The notes: generated from the sequence alone by a model not told the origin. Shown: positions 1-12,974, numbered from the stretch's first letter. The stretch is DNA of 64,000 bases from Octopus sinensis (GCF_006345805.1 NC_042998.1:20026001-20090000); one strand, 5' to 3'. Numbers and translations: made by a program.

Positions 1-177
1 ATTAGGAAGTTGTATGTTTGTTTTGGAGATTCATTCTAGCTCAGCCATACAACATGAAGAGCAATTCTGTTTTCTTGCTGGGCAAGCCCTTTCAAAATAG
101 CATAATATTCGACTTACAGGTTTGCGATAAGTTTAGATTCATTGACAGTGCTATATGCTGATAATGTGCCAGCATGA

Positions 178-180
<3 letters not shown>

Positions 181-260
<80 letters not shown>
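181..260. repeat. (CT)n microsatellite
   Basis: Near-perfect CT dinucleotide run. Confidence 0.97.
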
Positions 261-263
<3 letters not shown>

Positions 264-452
264 AATTCTGCTGAAAGATTATTTGCCTTCGGTGCTGTAA
301 GTTTTACACCGGCCATATCTTCTGAGTTTGAAGTCATTAATATCCTCAAACATGTACTCAATATAATGAAATCATCATAGTTTACATCAGTGTACCTAGT
401 CCCCTTTCAGCATACATCTCTTCAGTCTGCTACTACGACAGCTCCTTTATAG

Positions 453-508
453 GATCCAGTTAGCTCAAGACATCATCAGTAAGAAATGTGTCTTGAGCTA
501 ACTTGATT
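453..508. other. Isolated stem-loop with a 15-bp perfect core, extendable to about 21 bp
   Basis: AGTTAGCTCAAGACA (458-472) is the exact reverse complement of TGTCTTGAGCTAACT (489-503). The loop is 16 nt and the outer pairing continues after one mismatch. Confidence 0.8.
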
Positions 509-1758
509 AACGTAGGGTTGTTGGTGATGATGCTGACATAATTTGTTAGTTATGACAATAATATATCAGTTAATTTTAATAGATTTAGGCTGGAAGTCAA
601 ATGTCGCGGGGTCGCGTTCAAATGCATCTCACAGCCAATTGTAGCGTTCTGTTTCATTAGCAATTCGTGTTCTTAAATACAAATGTAATTTCGAAGTAAA
701 AACTTAAATAGTTTTCGAAATAGCTCTCAGTGTCAAATTAGAGTCTATGAACGTATGAAACTACAAATAAAAAGGAGAGACTGCAAGGGACATGGAAAAC
801 TGAGAGAATGTAAAGTGTAAGAAAGAGAGGAAGAGAGATCGAAGAAAAAGAAGACAAAGAAAGTAAGAGGGGTGGAGGGGGAGGTGTGAGAAAGAAATAA
901 GTGTTTGTACAAATCGTTGAGAAGTGGCAGCAAACAAGTGTAAATGATTCTAAAGAACAGATAGGTACTGAGAAAGAACTATAAATTTATAGCCTTGTGG
1001 TGTAAATAACTGAAGCAGACGAGACGGGGAAAAAGAAAGTGAAACTAAAAGGTGAACGAAGAGCTGTTAAAATCAGAATGGTGGATATAAAAAGAGACAG
1101 CAATAAAAAGTGAGATATGAAAGAAAAAGAAGATATCTCTCACACATAAAGGCACATACGCGCAGGCCAAAATACGCACACACACACACAGATACATATG
1201 ATGGGTTCTGTCGCTGGTTTTGACGTATGGCCGTCCATTTAATCGATATCGATCTATTGAACGGCCTACTCATTGCGTTAGGAAGTACTTGAGTATTTCT
1301 CACACACATGAACACTTAAAGTGTTGTTCGGCCATCGAGACGACGATGACGTGGAGGATCTGGTCATCTTGACGCTATCGGGCCCTGGGGATGCGCAGAG
1401 GACCTGGTTAGTTGAATATGAACACTTTTGTGTCTTTCATAATGTGAACAAAGAATACAAATGTCAGTGGAAGGTCTAAAAGTATTTTCCTTTCTGGCAT
1501 CCCTCCGTTATTAAGCTGCAGTCTCTCTTCAAATGCTTCTATCAGATATTCCTTTTGTGCGTGATGTTGAAGGCCTTCACTGAAGCTTCTAGGCTATTGT
1601 TTACGACTCATTCCGACTTATGGATGGAGGTGAAATTCAGCCCACTGGACTTTGCTGAAGTGCAGTTTCTTATTGTTGTTTGGCACGTAATCGACAAGTC
1701 TCCTCCCGCCAAATTTCAGGCCTTGAGTCTATAGTAGAACGATTATTGCTATTATTAA

Positions 1759-1970
1759 GGTGGCGAGCTGCCAGAATCGTTAGCGCGCCGGACGAAATGC
1801 TTAGCGGTATTTCACCTCTCACTAGTTTCTAAGTAAAACAATTCTGTTCGACTGTGCCTTTCATCTTTTTGAAGTTGATAAATTAATTACCAGTGAAACA
1901 CTGGGGATGATATAATCAACTGGTCCCCTCCCCAAAAATTTCAGGCCTTGTGCCTATAGTAGAAAGTATC
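1759..1970 (+). mobile_element. SINE-A (tRNA-derived), variant ending in an (ATT)n tail, degraded
   Basis: GGTGGCGAGCTGCCAGAATCGTTAGC head, CCTTTCATC..GATAAA..TACCAG body and GGCCTTGTGCCTATAGTAGAAAG tail, matching many other copies in the window. Confidence 0.8.
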
Positions 1971-1987
1971 ATTATTATTATTATTAT

Positions 1988-2358
1988 TTCCTTTGCACAG
2001 CTTCTAACACTGGAGATGTACTACGGTGTCAGCTATTCACTACCAGTGAACTAAGGTAACACCTCTTATATTTCGCGCACCTTCCGGAGTATTCGAGCGG
2101 TTTCAATTAGTGCTATTTTCTGCAAGTGCTCCACCCTTAATGCAGCCCTTATTTGTTCCATGTACTTCTCCAGATTTTTACTCACCGTTCCCAGGGCTCC
2201 GACAATTATTGGTACTACTACCACCTTTTTCATTGACCACAACTGCTTAACCTCCCAAGCTAACCTGTCATAACTATAGGCTTTTCTTTCTTCCTTATCG
2301 CATACCTTGTTGTCAGCCGGGCATGCTATATCTATGATCCAGCATAGTTTGCTTTCTT
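1988..2358 (-). mobile_element. R4/Dong-like non-LTR retrotransposon 3' fragment 1 (restriction-like endonuclease C-terminus plus 3'UTR)
   Basis: ORF 2066-2491 contains CWIIDIACPAD..YDRLAWEVKQLWSMKKVVVVPIIVGALG..ARILRKV, typical of RLE-type LINE ends. It is bounded by (TTA)n and (TTC)n tracts. Confidence 0.85.
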
Positions 2359-2381
2359 TCTTCTTCTTCTTCTTCTTCTTC

Positions 2382-2433
<52 letters not shown>

Positions 2434-3257
2434 GTTTTTTCCTTCTTTCTTCAAATTTTCTTCCGTTTCTCGCCGAGTGTTTTCCATACACCTAGAGCAG
2501 AGAAGGGCATTGTATGCATTCCCAGATTACAAACGCAAATTCAAAGATAAAATATGTATTTAAAAATTAATAAATAAATAAATTCAAGGTTGGATGTTAT
2601 TTTCACAGCGATAGTGCTCTTCTCAGTGCATGAGCCGTTCCAGTTAATACGATTTTTTGCACTTCCTGTAGGGATGGTAAGCCTGGAATCATTTTCAAAT
2701 AGGTTTCAGTAGCTTTTTCATCATTCCCAGAGATCCTACAATCACTGGTACTGTAGACGCCTTGAGATGCCACATTTTTTCAATTTCCATTAGCAGGTCT
2801 TTATATTTACTAATCTTGTCAAAAACTTTCGCCGGTACAATGTGATCACAGGGAATACTCATGTCAATTAATAAACACATCCTTTTTGTCTGATCTTTTA
2901 TAATAATATCCGGTCTATTAGCTTTTATAGTACTGTCGGTCTGCACGGGGAAGTTTCATAGAATCGACACATTTTCTCCCTCAGTCACAACTTCAGGATG
3001 GTGTTTATACCATTTGTCAGCGGTTTTGATTTTAGAATGCCGACATATTGTCCAATGTAAATACTGGCCGACTCTGTCATGTCTTGCTTTATATTCTACA
3101 GGTGCTAAGACTCTACACCCTGAGATTAGGTGTCTATTGTTTCAATCTCACCGTTACAGAATCGGCATTTTGGGTCAGCTCCATTTTTCATCACATTGGC
3201 TTGGTAGTTCCGGGTTAATAAGCTTTGGTCTTGAGCAGCTAATATGAAACCTTCACT
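2434..3257 (-). mobile_element. R4/Dong-like fragment 2 (CCHC knuckle, RLE, 3'UTR), frameshifted
   Basis: Across frames: EGFILAAQDQSLLTRNYQ..KCRFC..ETIDHLISGC..RHDRVG..KANRPDIIIKD..LLIDMSIP..KYKDL..ALRRALSL*. Flanked by (TTA)n on both sides. Confidence 0.9.
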
Positions 3258-3268
3258 TATTATTATCA

Positions 3269-3320
<52 letters not shown>

Positions 3321-3323
3321 CAC

Positions 3324-3373
<50 letters not shown>

Positions 3374-3374
<1 letters not shown>

Positions 3375-3876
3375 TTTTTTTTCTTCTTTCAAATTTGCTT
3401 CCATTTCTTGCCGAGTGTCTTCCCGACTCCTAGGGCAAAGAAACTCATAGTATACATTGGTAGGCCATTAAACCAAACTCAATAGTTCGTTCATTTTTTT
3501 TTTTTTAAGTTAAATTAAAATACATGAGCAGCAACAGTTCTCACATCGACAATGCCCTTCTCAATACGTGTGATGTACCAGTTAAGACAATCTTTTGCAC
3601 TTCTTGCAGGGATGGTAAGCCAGGGATCATTCTCATATAATTTTCGGTTCCCTTCTTGATCATTCCTAGTACTGCTACGATTACTGGTATTGTAACCGCC
3701 TTGAGATGCCACATTTTCTCAATTTCAATGAGTAGATCTTTATATTTTCTGAGCTTGTCAAACTCTTTCGCTGAGATATTATGATCACAGGGGATGCTCA
3801 TGTCGATCAATAAGAAAACTTTATTGTTTTGGTCTTTCACAACAATATCTGGTTTATTGGCCTTGATGGTTCGGTC
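3374..3876 (-). mobile_element. R4/Dong-like fragment 3 (RLE plus 3'UTR)
   Basis: KANKPDIVVKD..LLIDMSIPCDHNISAKEFDKLRKYKDLL..VLRRALSM* (ORF 3541-3840). The 3'UTR is homologous to fragment 2. (TTA)n on both sides. Confidence 0.9.
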
Positions 3877-3900
3877 TTATTATTATTATTATCAATATTA

Positions 3901-3968
<68 letters not shown>

Positions 3969-4198
3969 GTTGTTATTATTATAAACTATTTGTCACATTC
4001 TACCGAAAAAATCCACTTTTCATTGTTGCTTGTCTGCTTTTATTACTCAAATCTTACGACAATATTAAAAATATTAATGAAAAACAATTTCAGATAATGA
4101 TGCTAAAAACGTGTGAAACGAACTTATGGTCAATAACATTGCATGTTTCACCAAAACCATACTGATTTCTCTTTTCACATTGGATCCTCTTTTATGAC

Positions 4199-4585
4199 AG
4201 TGGAGGCGCAATGGCCCAGTTGTTAGGGCAGCGGACTCGCGGTCATAGGATCGCAGTTTCGATTCCCAGACCGGGCGTTGTGAGTGTTTATAGAGCGAAA
4301 ACACCTAAAGCTCTATGAGGCCCCGGCAGGGATGGTGGTGATCCCTGCTGTACTCTTTCACCACAACTTTCTCTCACTCTTACTTCCTGTTTCTGTTGTA
4401 CCTGTATTTCAAAGGGCCGGCCTTGTCACTCTCTGTGTCACGCTGAATATCCCCGAGAACTACGTTAAGGGTACACGTGTCTGTGGAATGCTCAGCCACT
4501 TACACGTTAATTTCACGAGCAGGCTGTTCCGTTGATCGGATCGACCGGAACCCTCGTCGTCGTAACCGACGGAGTGCTTCCATCA
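4199..4585 (+). mobile_element. SINE-C (tRNA-derived head), full length with target-site duplication
   Basis: A box TGGCCCAGTTG and B box GTTTCGATTCC. TSD TCTTTTATGAC at 4188-4198 and 4586-4596. Near-identical copy at 38438-38826. Confidence 0.9.
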
Positions 4586-5562
4586 TCTTTTATGACGGCA
4601 GTATGTGATTTGAGGTGTATTTAACTCTTATTTCTAGCAATTCTTGTGATCATTGAGTGACCACATCACATGGAGTCCTCTTCAAAATAGTTTCCTTCTC
4701 TTAAGCATATTCCACTTGAACGTCTCATTGTCACAATGTTTATCTAATATTTAAATTTCAAGCATGCACTTAAGTGATTAGGTTAAGTGGTCAGTTATAC
4801 AAACATTGTCTTAATCGAGTTCCTTTCCGCATTTAATTGAATAACATGAAGACAATCGTTGTACGACAAATGAGTGTATTTGCAGTGTCTAAATAACCTA
4901 CAGGTGACCAGCCAAGTTTTGATTAGTTCATTTGGAAACTTTCTGATGACATTTGTTAATCAATATTGAAAGGAGTTTCTGATAGCCTTACCGTTAAGTA
5001 CTTGTAACGTTTCCTAACTCTCATTAATGCAGTAATTATTAGGCATTATACAGTAATTATTATGTATTATGAGTCAATTATTTTGAAGTAAGAAATAATC
5101 TATAATGTTCTACTTTTGCTCTTTCCTCAAGTGTTACATATTTCAGAAGTTTGATTATGGAACGAAATTGTAGGAAAACCTTTGATATACTACAACACTT
5201 CTGAAAGAAAAACATTTACAAAATACCTCTCTACCTAACGTTGATTTATCAAATACAATTGTTTATATTTCTCTTAGTTTTTCAAATACAATTGTTTATA
5301 TTTCTCTTATGTTTTACATTCATCGTCACATATTTTTATTGTGTAATTTTACTGTACTTGCGAGCGCAGCCTTATGTATCTTGGACACGTGAAACATTTC
5401 GTCATAGTTTTGTATTTATTATGCATTAACAATACACTATGTAATTTGTACGCAATGCCCAAAGCCATATTTTCTGTGTTGTGTACATTTCAAGTGCTAG
5501 TGTTTTAACCCCATACGTGTAACCATATTTCATTCGTGAAGAACCAATTGTTATTGTTGTTG

Positions 5563-5633
<71 letters not shown>

Positions 5634-5635
5634 GT

Positions 5636-6307
5636 GGAGGCGGCGAGCTGGCAAAATAGTTAGCACGTCAGACAAAACGCTTAGTAGCATTTCGCCCGTC
5701 GCTACGTTCTGAGTTCAAATTCCGCCAAGGTTGACATTGTCTTTCATTCTTAGTGGAGGGGGCTATTAAATATATGTACTAGTTACGCACAAGGGTCGAT
5801 GTAATCGACTTAATCCTCTCCCCCAAATCTGAGGCTTTGTGCTTCTGGTAGAGACGATTGTTATTATTGCGAAGGCGGCGAGCTGGCAGAATCGTTTGTG
5901 CGTCGGCCAAAACGGTTTGCAGCATGCCGCCTGACGCTATGTTCTGATTTCAAATTCCGCCAAATCGACTTTGCCTTTCATCATTTCGGGGATGGATGAA
6001 ATAAGTACCAGTCAAGTGCTGCAGTCAGTGTAATCGACATGTCCCCTCCAAAAATGTCAGGCCTCGTGCTTATAGTTGAAAAGATTATTATCATTATTAA
6101 GGCAATGAGATGGCAGTAATCATTAGCACTCCGGACAAAACAGTTGGCAGCATTTCGTCAGTCACTACGTTCTGAGTTCGAATTCCGCCGTGATCGACTT
6201 TATATTTCATCCGTTCGGGGTTGATAATGTAAGTACCAGTTGAAAATCGGGGTTCGATATAATCAACTCAGCCCCAACATAGCTTCCCTTATGGTAAAAT
6301 TTGAAAC

Positions 6308-6308
<1 letters not shown>
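5636..6308 (+). mobile_element. Three head-to-tail SINE-A copies ((ATT)n-tail variant)
   Basis: GGCGGCGAGCTGGCA-type heads at about 5639, 5875 and 6100, each followed by body and ATT-rich tail. Preceded by (TTA)n at about 5545-5633. Confidence 0.8.
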
Positions 6309-6368
<60 letters not shown>

Positions 6369-6371
<3 letters not shown>

Positions 6372-6870
6372 TAGTTTTATTTTTATAGCGTGCTTTCACC
6401 TCACTGCCGAGCGCAGCTCTGTGTGCCTTGGGTATGTGCTGTGATTTGTTGTGATGCTCTGATGGTTATTGTATGGAAAGTGTTCTGCGTAGGATGTGTG
6501 CAGTGCCTAGTAGTGCGATTTTCTGTATGTTATATGTGTTTGTAAGTCCTGGTGTTTTTGTTATGTATTTGTCTGAATTTTTTTTATCATGCCTAATGCA
6601 CCTACTATGATAGGAATTGTTTCTGTTTTCAGATTCCACATTCTAGTTACCTCTATTTCCAGGTCTTTGTATTTTGAAAGTTTTCCATTTCTTTTAGAGA
6701 CACGTTGTCATCTGCCGGTATTGATACATCAATTAGAAAGCATTTTTTTTCTTCATGATCTCTGACAACTATATCTGGTCTGTTGGCCTTAATTTCTGTA
6801 TCTGTGTGTATCGGCATATCCCAGGGTATGGTTGCTTTCTCGTTTTCTGTGTCCTTTTTGGTGTGTGCCT
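6369..6870 (-). mobile_element. R4/Dong-like fragment 4 (RLE plus 3'UTR; not evident from the ORF track)
   Basis: My translation, with frameshifts: ATIPWDMPIHTDTEIKANRPDIVVRD..FLIDVSIPADDNVSLKE..SKYKDLEIEVTRMWNLKTETIPIIVGALG..HILRRTLSIQ* (stop 6466-6468). (TTA)n on both sides. Confidence 0.9.
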
Positions 6871-6880
6871 ATTATTATTA

Positions 6881-6921
<41 letters not shown>

Positions 6922-6946
6922 GTTGTTGTTGTTGTTGTTGTTGTTA

Positions 6947-7149
6947 AGGCGGCGAGCTGTCGGAGTCGTTAGCACGCCGGGCAAAATGCTTAGCAATATT
7001 TCACCCGTTTTTCCGTTCTGAGTTCAAACTCCGCCGAGGTCGATTTAGCTTTTCATCCACAAATTAATTATCAGTGAAACACAGGGTTTGATATAACCGA
7101 CTAGTCGCCTCCTCCAATTTCCAAGCCTTGTGCCTATAGTATAAAGGAT
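6947..7149 (+). mobile_element. SINE-A, (ATT)n-tail variant
   Basis: Head, B box GAGTTCAAACTCC and tail CCTTGTGCCTATAGTATAAAGGATTATT. Confidence 0.8.
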
Positions 7150-7195
7150 TATTATTATTATTATTATTGCTGTTGTTGTAGTTGTAGTTGCTGTT

Positions 7196-8960
7196 TTGGT
7201 CGTTGTCAGTTTAAAATTCTTGAGATCCTCTAGCCAAATTTGTGACTTTTCCTTGGCTATTTCTACCCTGTTCATTTTCTTCGGGTGTTATTCTTGTGAG
7301 ATCCATCAATTCAATACGCAATTTGGATTAGATTTTAGCTTTTTCAGAAGTTGTTCTGGTTCTAATTTCGCCTTATTTCAATGTGTTATTTCGGGTTTAC
7401 CTTTGTATTTCTTAGTTTTCTCGAAATATTTACATTCGTTTGACTTCTGCAATTATTTTACTAGTTTTCTTGCCTTTACTAAATACTTTTATCCCAGCGT
7501 TGTTATCTTATAGTATTTTTCTAATTGTAGAGAAGCGTACAACCTTGTATTCAAGATAATTATAAACTTCCAGTCAGATTTTGAGTGGTGTATTCTAAAT
7601 GTGATTGTCATTTTCTTGTTTCACTTGCCAATCGCACTAATCCCGTAACGACCAGTTTTATAACCTATTTAGAAGTATAACTTCTATATTGGCAATCTAT
7701 TACTTCATTAATCGGATTTAATTCTCTTTTGATATACACCCAAAACGCAATTACTAACTTAATGTTACTGTCGTTATGAATGATTTTAATATTTTAATGG
7801 GAAGCAAGAGGCAACTTCAAATTAACCGTCTAAAATGAACATTCATTGTTTACATTTGTACCAAAGTCCACTCTCATCTAACATGTTTTAGATTAATTGT
7901 TTATAAGTCCATCTTTCCAATATATCTTCATAATTTTGTGTTGTCTACTCATACCATATTTCATGTAATTGCGTGTTTAATGGTACTGTATTATATCTGC
8001 CGAATATATTCAACAATTTCAATCCATGAGATGCTTCGACCTTTCTTCTTCTACCACTCTTCATTCGTAGCTTTATTGATCAGTATTTCTGTTTTTCAGC
8101 CATATCAACCTTTACAGCAGTTTATTATCATTTCTTTACTGCCCACAAGGGGCTAAACAGAGAGGGGACAAACAAGGACAGACAAACGGATTAAGTCGAT
8201 TATATCGACATTAGTGCTTAACTGGTACTTATTTAACCGACCCCGGAAGGATGAAAGGCAAAGTCGACCTCGGCGGAATTTGAAATCAGAACGTAGCGGC
8301 AGACGAAATACCTATTTCTTTACTCCCCACAAGGGGCTAAACATAGAGGGGACAAACAAGGACAGACAAACGGATTAAGTCGATTATTTCGACCTCAGTG
8401 CTTAACTGGTACTTATTTAATCGACTCCGAAAAGATGAAAAGCAAATCTACCTCGGCGGAATTTGAACTCACAACGTAACGGCTACGCATTTCGCCCGGC
8501 ATGCTAACTTTTCTGCCAGGTCGCCACCTTACAGCAGTCTCTTCTACTTATGATTTAATATGGACGCCTACGATTTTCCAGATGTGGTGTTTGTTACTTT
8601 GAATAATCTCATCAACGCTGATTACCTCAGAGTTTATCTGCTTTCCTTGTTCGAATTGCATTGATTTTTTTCCATCTTATTTTAGCTACTATTGGGTTGG
8701 AGTCGAATGTTTTGTTGAAAGAATCGTTGTCGCTTTTCATACCGTCAGATTCTTTGTAATTTAACAAAGATCTGTTGTTACAGACGTTCTTTGATCTTGG
8801 GTACATCGCTTTCGATACATTTTGTTTTATTGTCTATTCTTTTTATTTTTCAATTGTGTCGTTTATTTATTGAAAGAGGAATTATTTCTCCTAATTTCTA
8901 TCTTTCCTGCATGTTTATTACAATGTTTGCTTTGGTTTTCCACTTGTCTATATCAAGAGA
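7196..8960 (-). pseudogene. Old, heavily decayed R4/Dong-like ORF (pre-RT region, RT start, post-RT region), interrupted by a SINE at 8122-8528
   Basis: Motif remnants: LQRI*RYEKRQRFFQQN (about 8720-8780), KG*YG*KTEILINK..SISWI (about 8030-8100), ELNP..ETRK..RIHHSKSD..LQLEKYYKIT and KEKSQIWL (7220-7740). Many stop codons. Confidence 0.7.
8122..8528 (-). mobile_element. SINE-A dimer (internal tandem duplication) with TSD
   Basis: Two body and tail units. TSD TTACAGCAGT at 8112-8121 and 8529-8538. Confidence 0.88.
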
Positions 8961-9991
8961 TCTAGGAAAAATACACTTTCTTTACTAACTACTGTAGCTG
9001 ATGTATAATTATTTCGTTTTCCCTCACATAATTTAACGTTGCGTTAGCCTTCATTATGTTTACAAATTTTATTGTTTTTATCAAGTTTCACACGTGTGTG
9101 TTACCTAGAACAAAGAAACGTATTGTATACATTGATAGGCATTAAAATAAACACACCAAATTATTCATTTACAAAAAATATATATTTGGTTGTTGTTCTC
9201 TATTGCTATTGTTAGTTGGTAAATTATATGAACGTCTTTGAAGAAGCTTCACAACAAATGACATCTTACTACGTTATATTTGACTAAAGAGCTTTTTGGA
9301 ATCAGATAGTCAATAGAAATATTTAGTACATTTGAGTATCCGCCTCATTTAGCTGAGAAGGAAAAATGCAAATTTTTTTTTGTGTGTGTGTGTTTCCTAA
9401 TTATTCATGGTGGCTTCTTTTCCCTGGGTATCACTGAAAGATGCAAGCAACAATTGAGATAGTACTCACTGCCATCCCAAGAATTGCCATTAAAATTTTA
9501 CAAACAATAAAGCAGCCTAATGTAGAAGAAGAAAATGAGAAAAGAATGAATAAACAGAGTGAGCAAACGTGACAGACATTTTAGCAATAGAAAAAATTAA
9601 CGATATTTCTTGTAACACTAATAGTAAGACCAGTTGCTGCAATTTTCCTAACACTTGCTAATCCAAAAACACTTATCGATGTAGATTGGCTAAAGAAAAG
9701 AACATGAACGAGGACTGTTATAATGGACAGCGTCCTTTTGCTCGATGTATTGTCCAGAAACCAGTATCTTAGGTATTTTTTTAAACTTCAAAACATGTAA
9801 GGTTCTATACACCCATACAGAAAGCACTGGAGGAAACACTATCCGATATCTGTCACGATCTGCATGATCACATCTCACATACCTGCCGACAGGCTAATGA
9901 TCTGTAAGATCACATATTACATACCTGCCAGCAGGCTAGTGTCGCATGTGAGAGACGAAATATATAAATATTATAGCCGATGAATATTATA

Positions 9992-10115
9992 GGTGTAGGA
10001 GTGGCTGTGTGGTAAGTAGCTTGCTTACCAACCACATGTTCCAGGTTCCGGGTTCAGTCCCACTGCGTGGCACCTTGGATATGTGTCTTCTACTATAGCC
10101 TCCGGGCGACCCGTC

Positions 10116-10194
<79 letters not shown>

Positions 10195-10411
10195 GTGTCT
10201 GTATATGTTTGTGTGTCTGTGTTTGTCCCCCAACCGATGCTGGTGTGTTCACGTCCCCGTAACTTTGTGGTTCGGGAAAAGAGACCGATAGAATAAGTAC
10301 TAGACTTACAAATAATCAGTCCTGGAGTCGATTTGCTCGACTAAAGGTGGTGTTCCAGCATGGCCACAATCAATTGACTGAAACAAGTAAAAGAGTAAAA
10401 AGAGTAAAGAG
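9992..10411 (+). mobile_element. SINE-B (tRNA head, CORE-like segment, internal (TA)n(TG)n, LINE-like tail)
   Basis: A box TGGCTGTGTGG, B box GGTTCAGTCCC, CACCTTGG..GTGTCTT segment, tail CCAGCATGGCC..GACTGAAACAAGTAAAAGAG. Confidence 0.9.
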
Positions 10412-11716
10412 ATGACATACATAACAATCTTGTATCTTGACTTGTAACTGTTTTACAAATGTCGAGGTAGCACGAAGTAAAATATAGGCGGATGAGTTTT
10501 CTGTTCATATGTACAACTTCATGGTCACTGGAGACTGCAAAGCTCTTCTGCAGATGTTACTGACTGTGACAGCTGAAAACTGTGACATGGTAGAAAAATG
10601 AGTTGATTTACTTTTTATCGTTGCCTATTGAAGTCTACCCCAAGGGACCTGAGAGCATAGACACAAGGAGAGGGTGGTCAATAATATTAGAGGTAATACT
10701 GTCAACAGTAAAATGCAAAACTTGTTGTTTTCAGAGCACCACTGTGTGGCTCGAAAGGTAATTGGAAACTCGGCTCATTGTCAGAGCAGGGAACCGACGA
10801 TAAGGAAGTCCAAGGCTGTCTTTCCCAGAAGATAAGGGAGTCGAAGTCACAAACGAAAGAGGTGCCTCAGATGCGCGAAGAGAAGTCACACTCTGAAAAA
10901 AATAAAGTTTGTTCATATTACTCAGCACATCCTGATAATTATATTACTTCATCTGAGGGAAGAGGTAGGAGATATTGCGCTGACTAAGAAACAGAAAATT
11001 TAGACCAACTTTCAGAAGACCTTCAAATGTTAGACTACTCTTGAAAGCAACATCGATAATCAATGATTGAATTCCGACTCTAGGTCGTTATCACTAGATA
11101 AAAAGACCCATTTCAATAATATCAATTATGGAATATATTAAAAGTCTTCCTGCTTTTCACAGCTTTCATATTTCAGTAAACGACTTTATTTTAATGTTGA
11201 TAATTTCTCATCGCCTTTGATATATAAGGACACGTACGAGCGCTGATATCACACTACCAGTTCTATACGTTGTTCGCTTTTATCCATTTAATTAAATCTA
11301 GATTAGTTAAATTTGCCACATAATTGAAAATAGGAGTATCAAGCCTGAAAGTGCTAGCTGAGATATTTTGATGTTGTAACCAACAACTGATTTCTGTCTG
11401 CATACGAAAGGATATCTGAGAGAAACACAGACTCGTAAACGCCGATTTGGATATTTTATGGTTTTTATATTACATTAGGTGAGCATTCGAATTGCTGATT
11501 TCAGATTCCAAATGGACCAATCACTAGCTTCTTGTATTTGGTCATCTAGAGTAGCAGACGAGTGGTTATAACTGTGTGCAGAACAAATATATCAAGGTGT
11601 AACTCGGTGCTTATCGTACGTATATCTTTGTTTTCGTGATAGCGTTCATACTTTTTACGGCTATTTATTACATAAAGTATCTCATGTTTCTTTGTCACAC
11701 ATGTAGACATCATACA

Positions 11717-11732
11717 CACATGTATGTATGTA

Positions 11733-11763
<31 letters not shown>

Positions 11764-12045
11764 ATGTGTGTGTATGTATGTATGTATGTATGTATGTATG
11801 TATGTATGTATGTGTGTGTATGTATGTATGTGTGTGTGTATGTACATATGTATGTATGTATGTATGTATGTATTATGTATGTATGTATGTATGTATGTGT
11901 GTGTATGTATGTATGTATGTATGTATGTATGTATGTATGTATGTATGTTGTATGTATGTATGTGTGTGTGTATGTACATATGTATGTATGTATGTGTGTG
12001 TGTGTATGTATGTATGTATGTATGTATGTATGTATGTATGTATGT
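11717..12045. repeat. (TATG)n/(TG)n compound microsatellite
   Basis: Direct inspection. It accounts for the overlapping YVCM and HTYI ORFs. Confidence 0.97.
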
Positions 12046-12974
12046 ATAGCACTCACAGATACGCCGGACAGCTTCATTTTTTTCCATCAATCACATTCCA
12101 TTCAGGAGATATTTGACGATCAGTGTATACAGTAACAGACGATAAGTGCTATCGAAACCGGAACCACGTGGTTGCAAAACGGAATTCTTGACTGCATAGT
12201 CCTATATGCACATTAACACATTATATTTTAACATTTTTTTTCAAAATTAAATAATTTAGTTGCCGTAACTTATAAATTATAAAATGGGTGCCTTTAGTTG
12301 AATGTATATGATATACCAGTTTTTCGTATTCAAGATTGGCCACAAAAGCGCAGCTAGTACAGGTGAGAAGATACGGATCTATGCTGTTTACTTAATTGGA
12401 AAGGTAAACATCCTTACCAGCTCAATCAGTCACAACGTCTTCTAATTACAGAAATAAATTTGGAAATTTACAAGGAAATTAATAAGGAAACGTTTTGGGA
12501 TCTTTGCTCTTCAGAAAATAATAGATACCAATAATTCTGCGAATAGCAGAAACAATTCATTTTAGCAATGTAATTAATAATGATAATTATATAAATTACA
12601 TTACTTGGGCTAAAGAGGTAATCAATAATGAACGCGAAATTAAGACATCAATATCTTGTGCTTTTATGAACAAGTAATTAAAGGATGACTTGATTGATTG
12701 TTTGAGAGTGGAAGTAATTAGGTTCACATAGATCTGGAATATTCTCAACGGATGCATCTTATTTCAGGAATATTCTTTGTCCAAAATAAGGTTTTGTAGA
12801 CAATAACTACTTCACTTCAAAAGGCATAATTAGATATATACGCTTTTCTTGACTATTACTGAATATGTATATCACTCTTTTGCATGATTTATCCGTAGTA
12901 GTATTTGGGCTAAACAAATAATATTCCTCATGACATATATGAGAACTTATCTTTAATATTATTACCGACCAAAA

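Noticed and set aside
9857-9938. Two-copy 42-bp tandem repeat
   Set aside because: An ordinary local duplication with no structure or coding signal.
10500-10990. Short ORFs or possible exons; faint similarity to RTE C-termini (HGRK, GSPRLSFP)
   Set aside because: Too degraded to call, and the candidate splice donors are weak.
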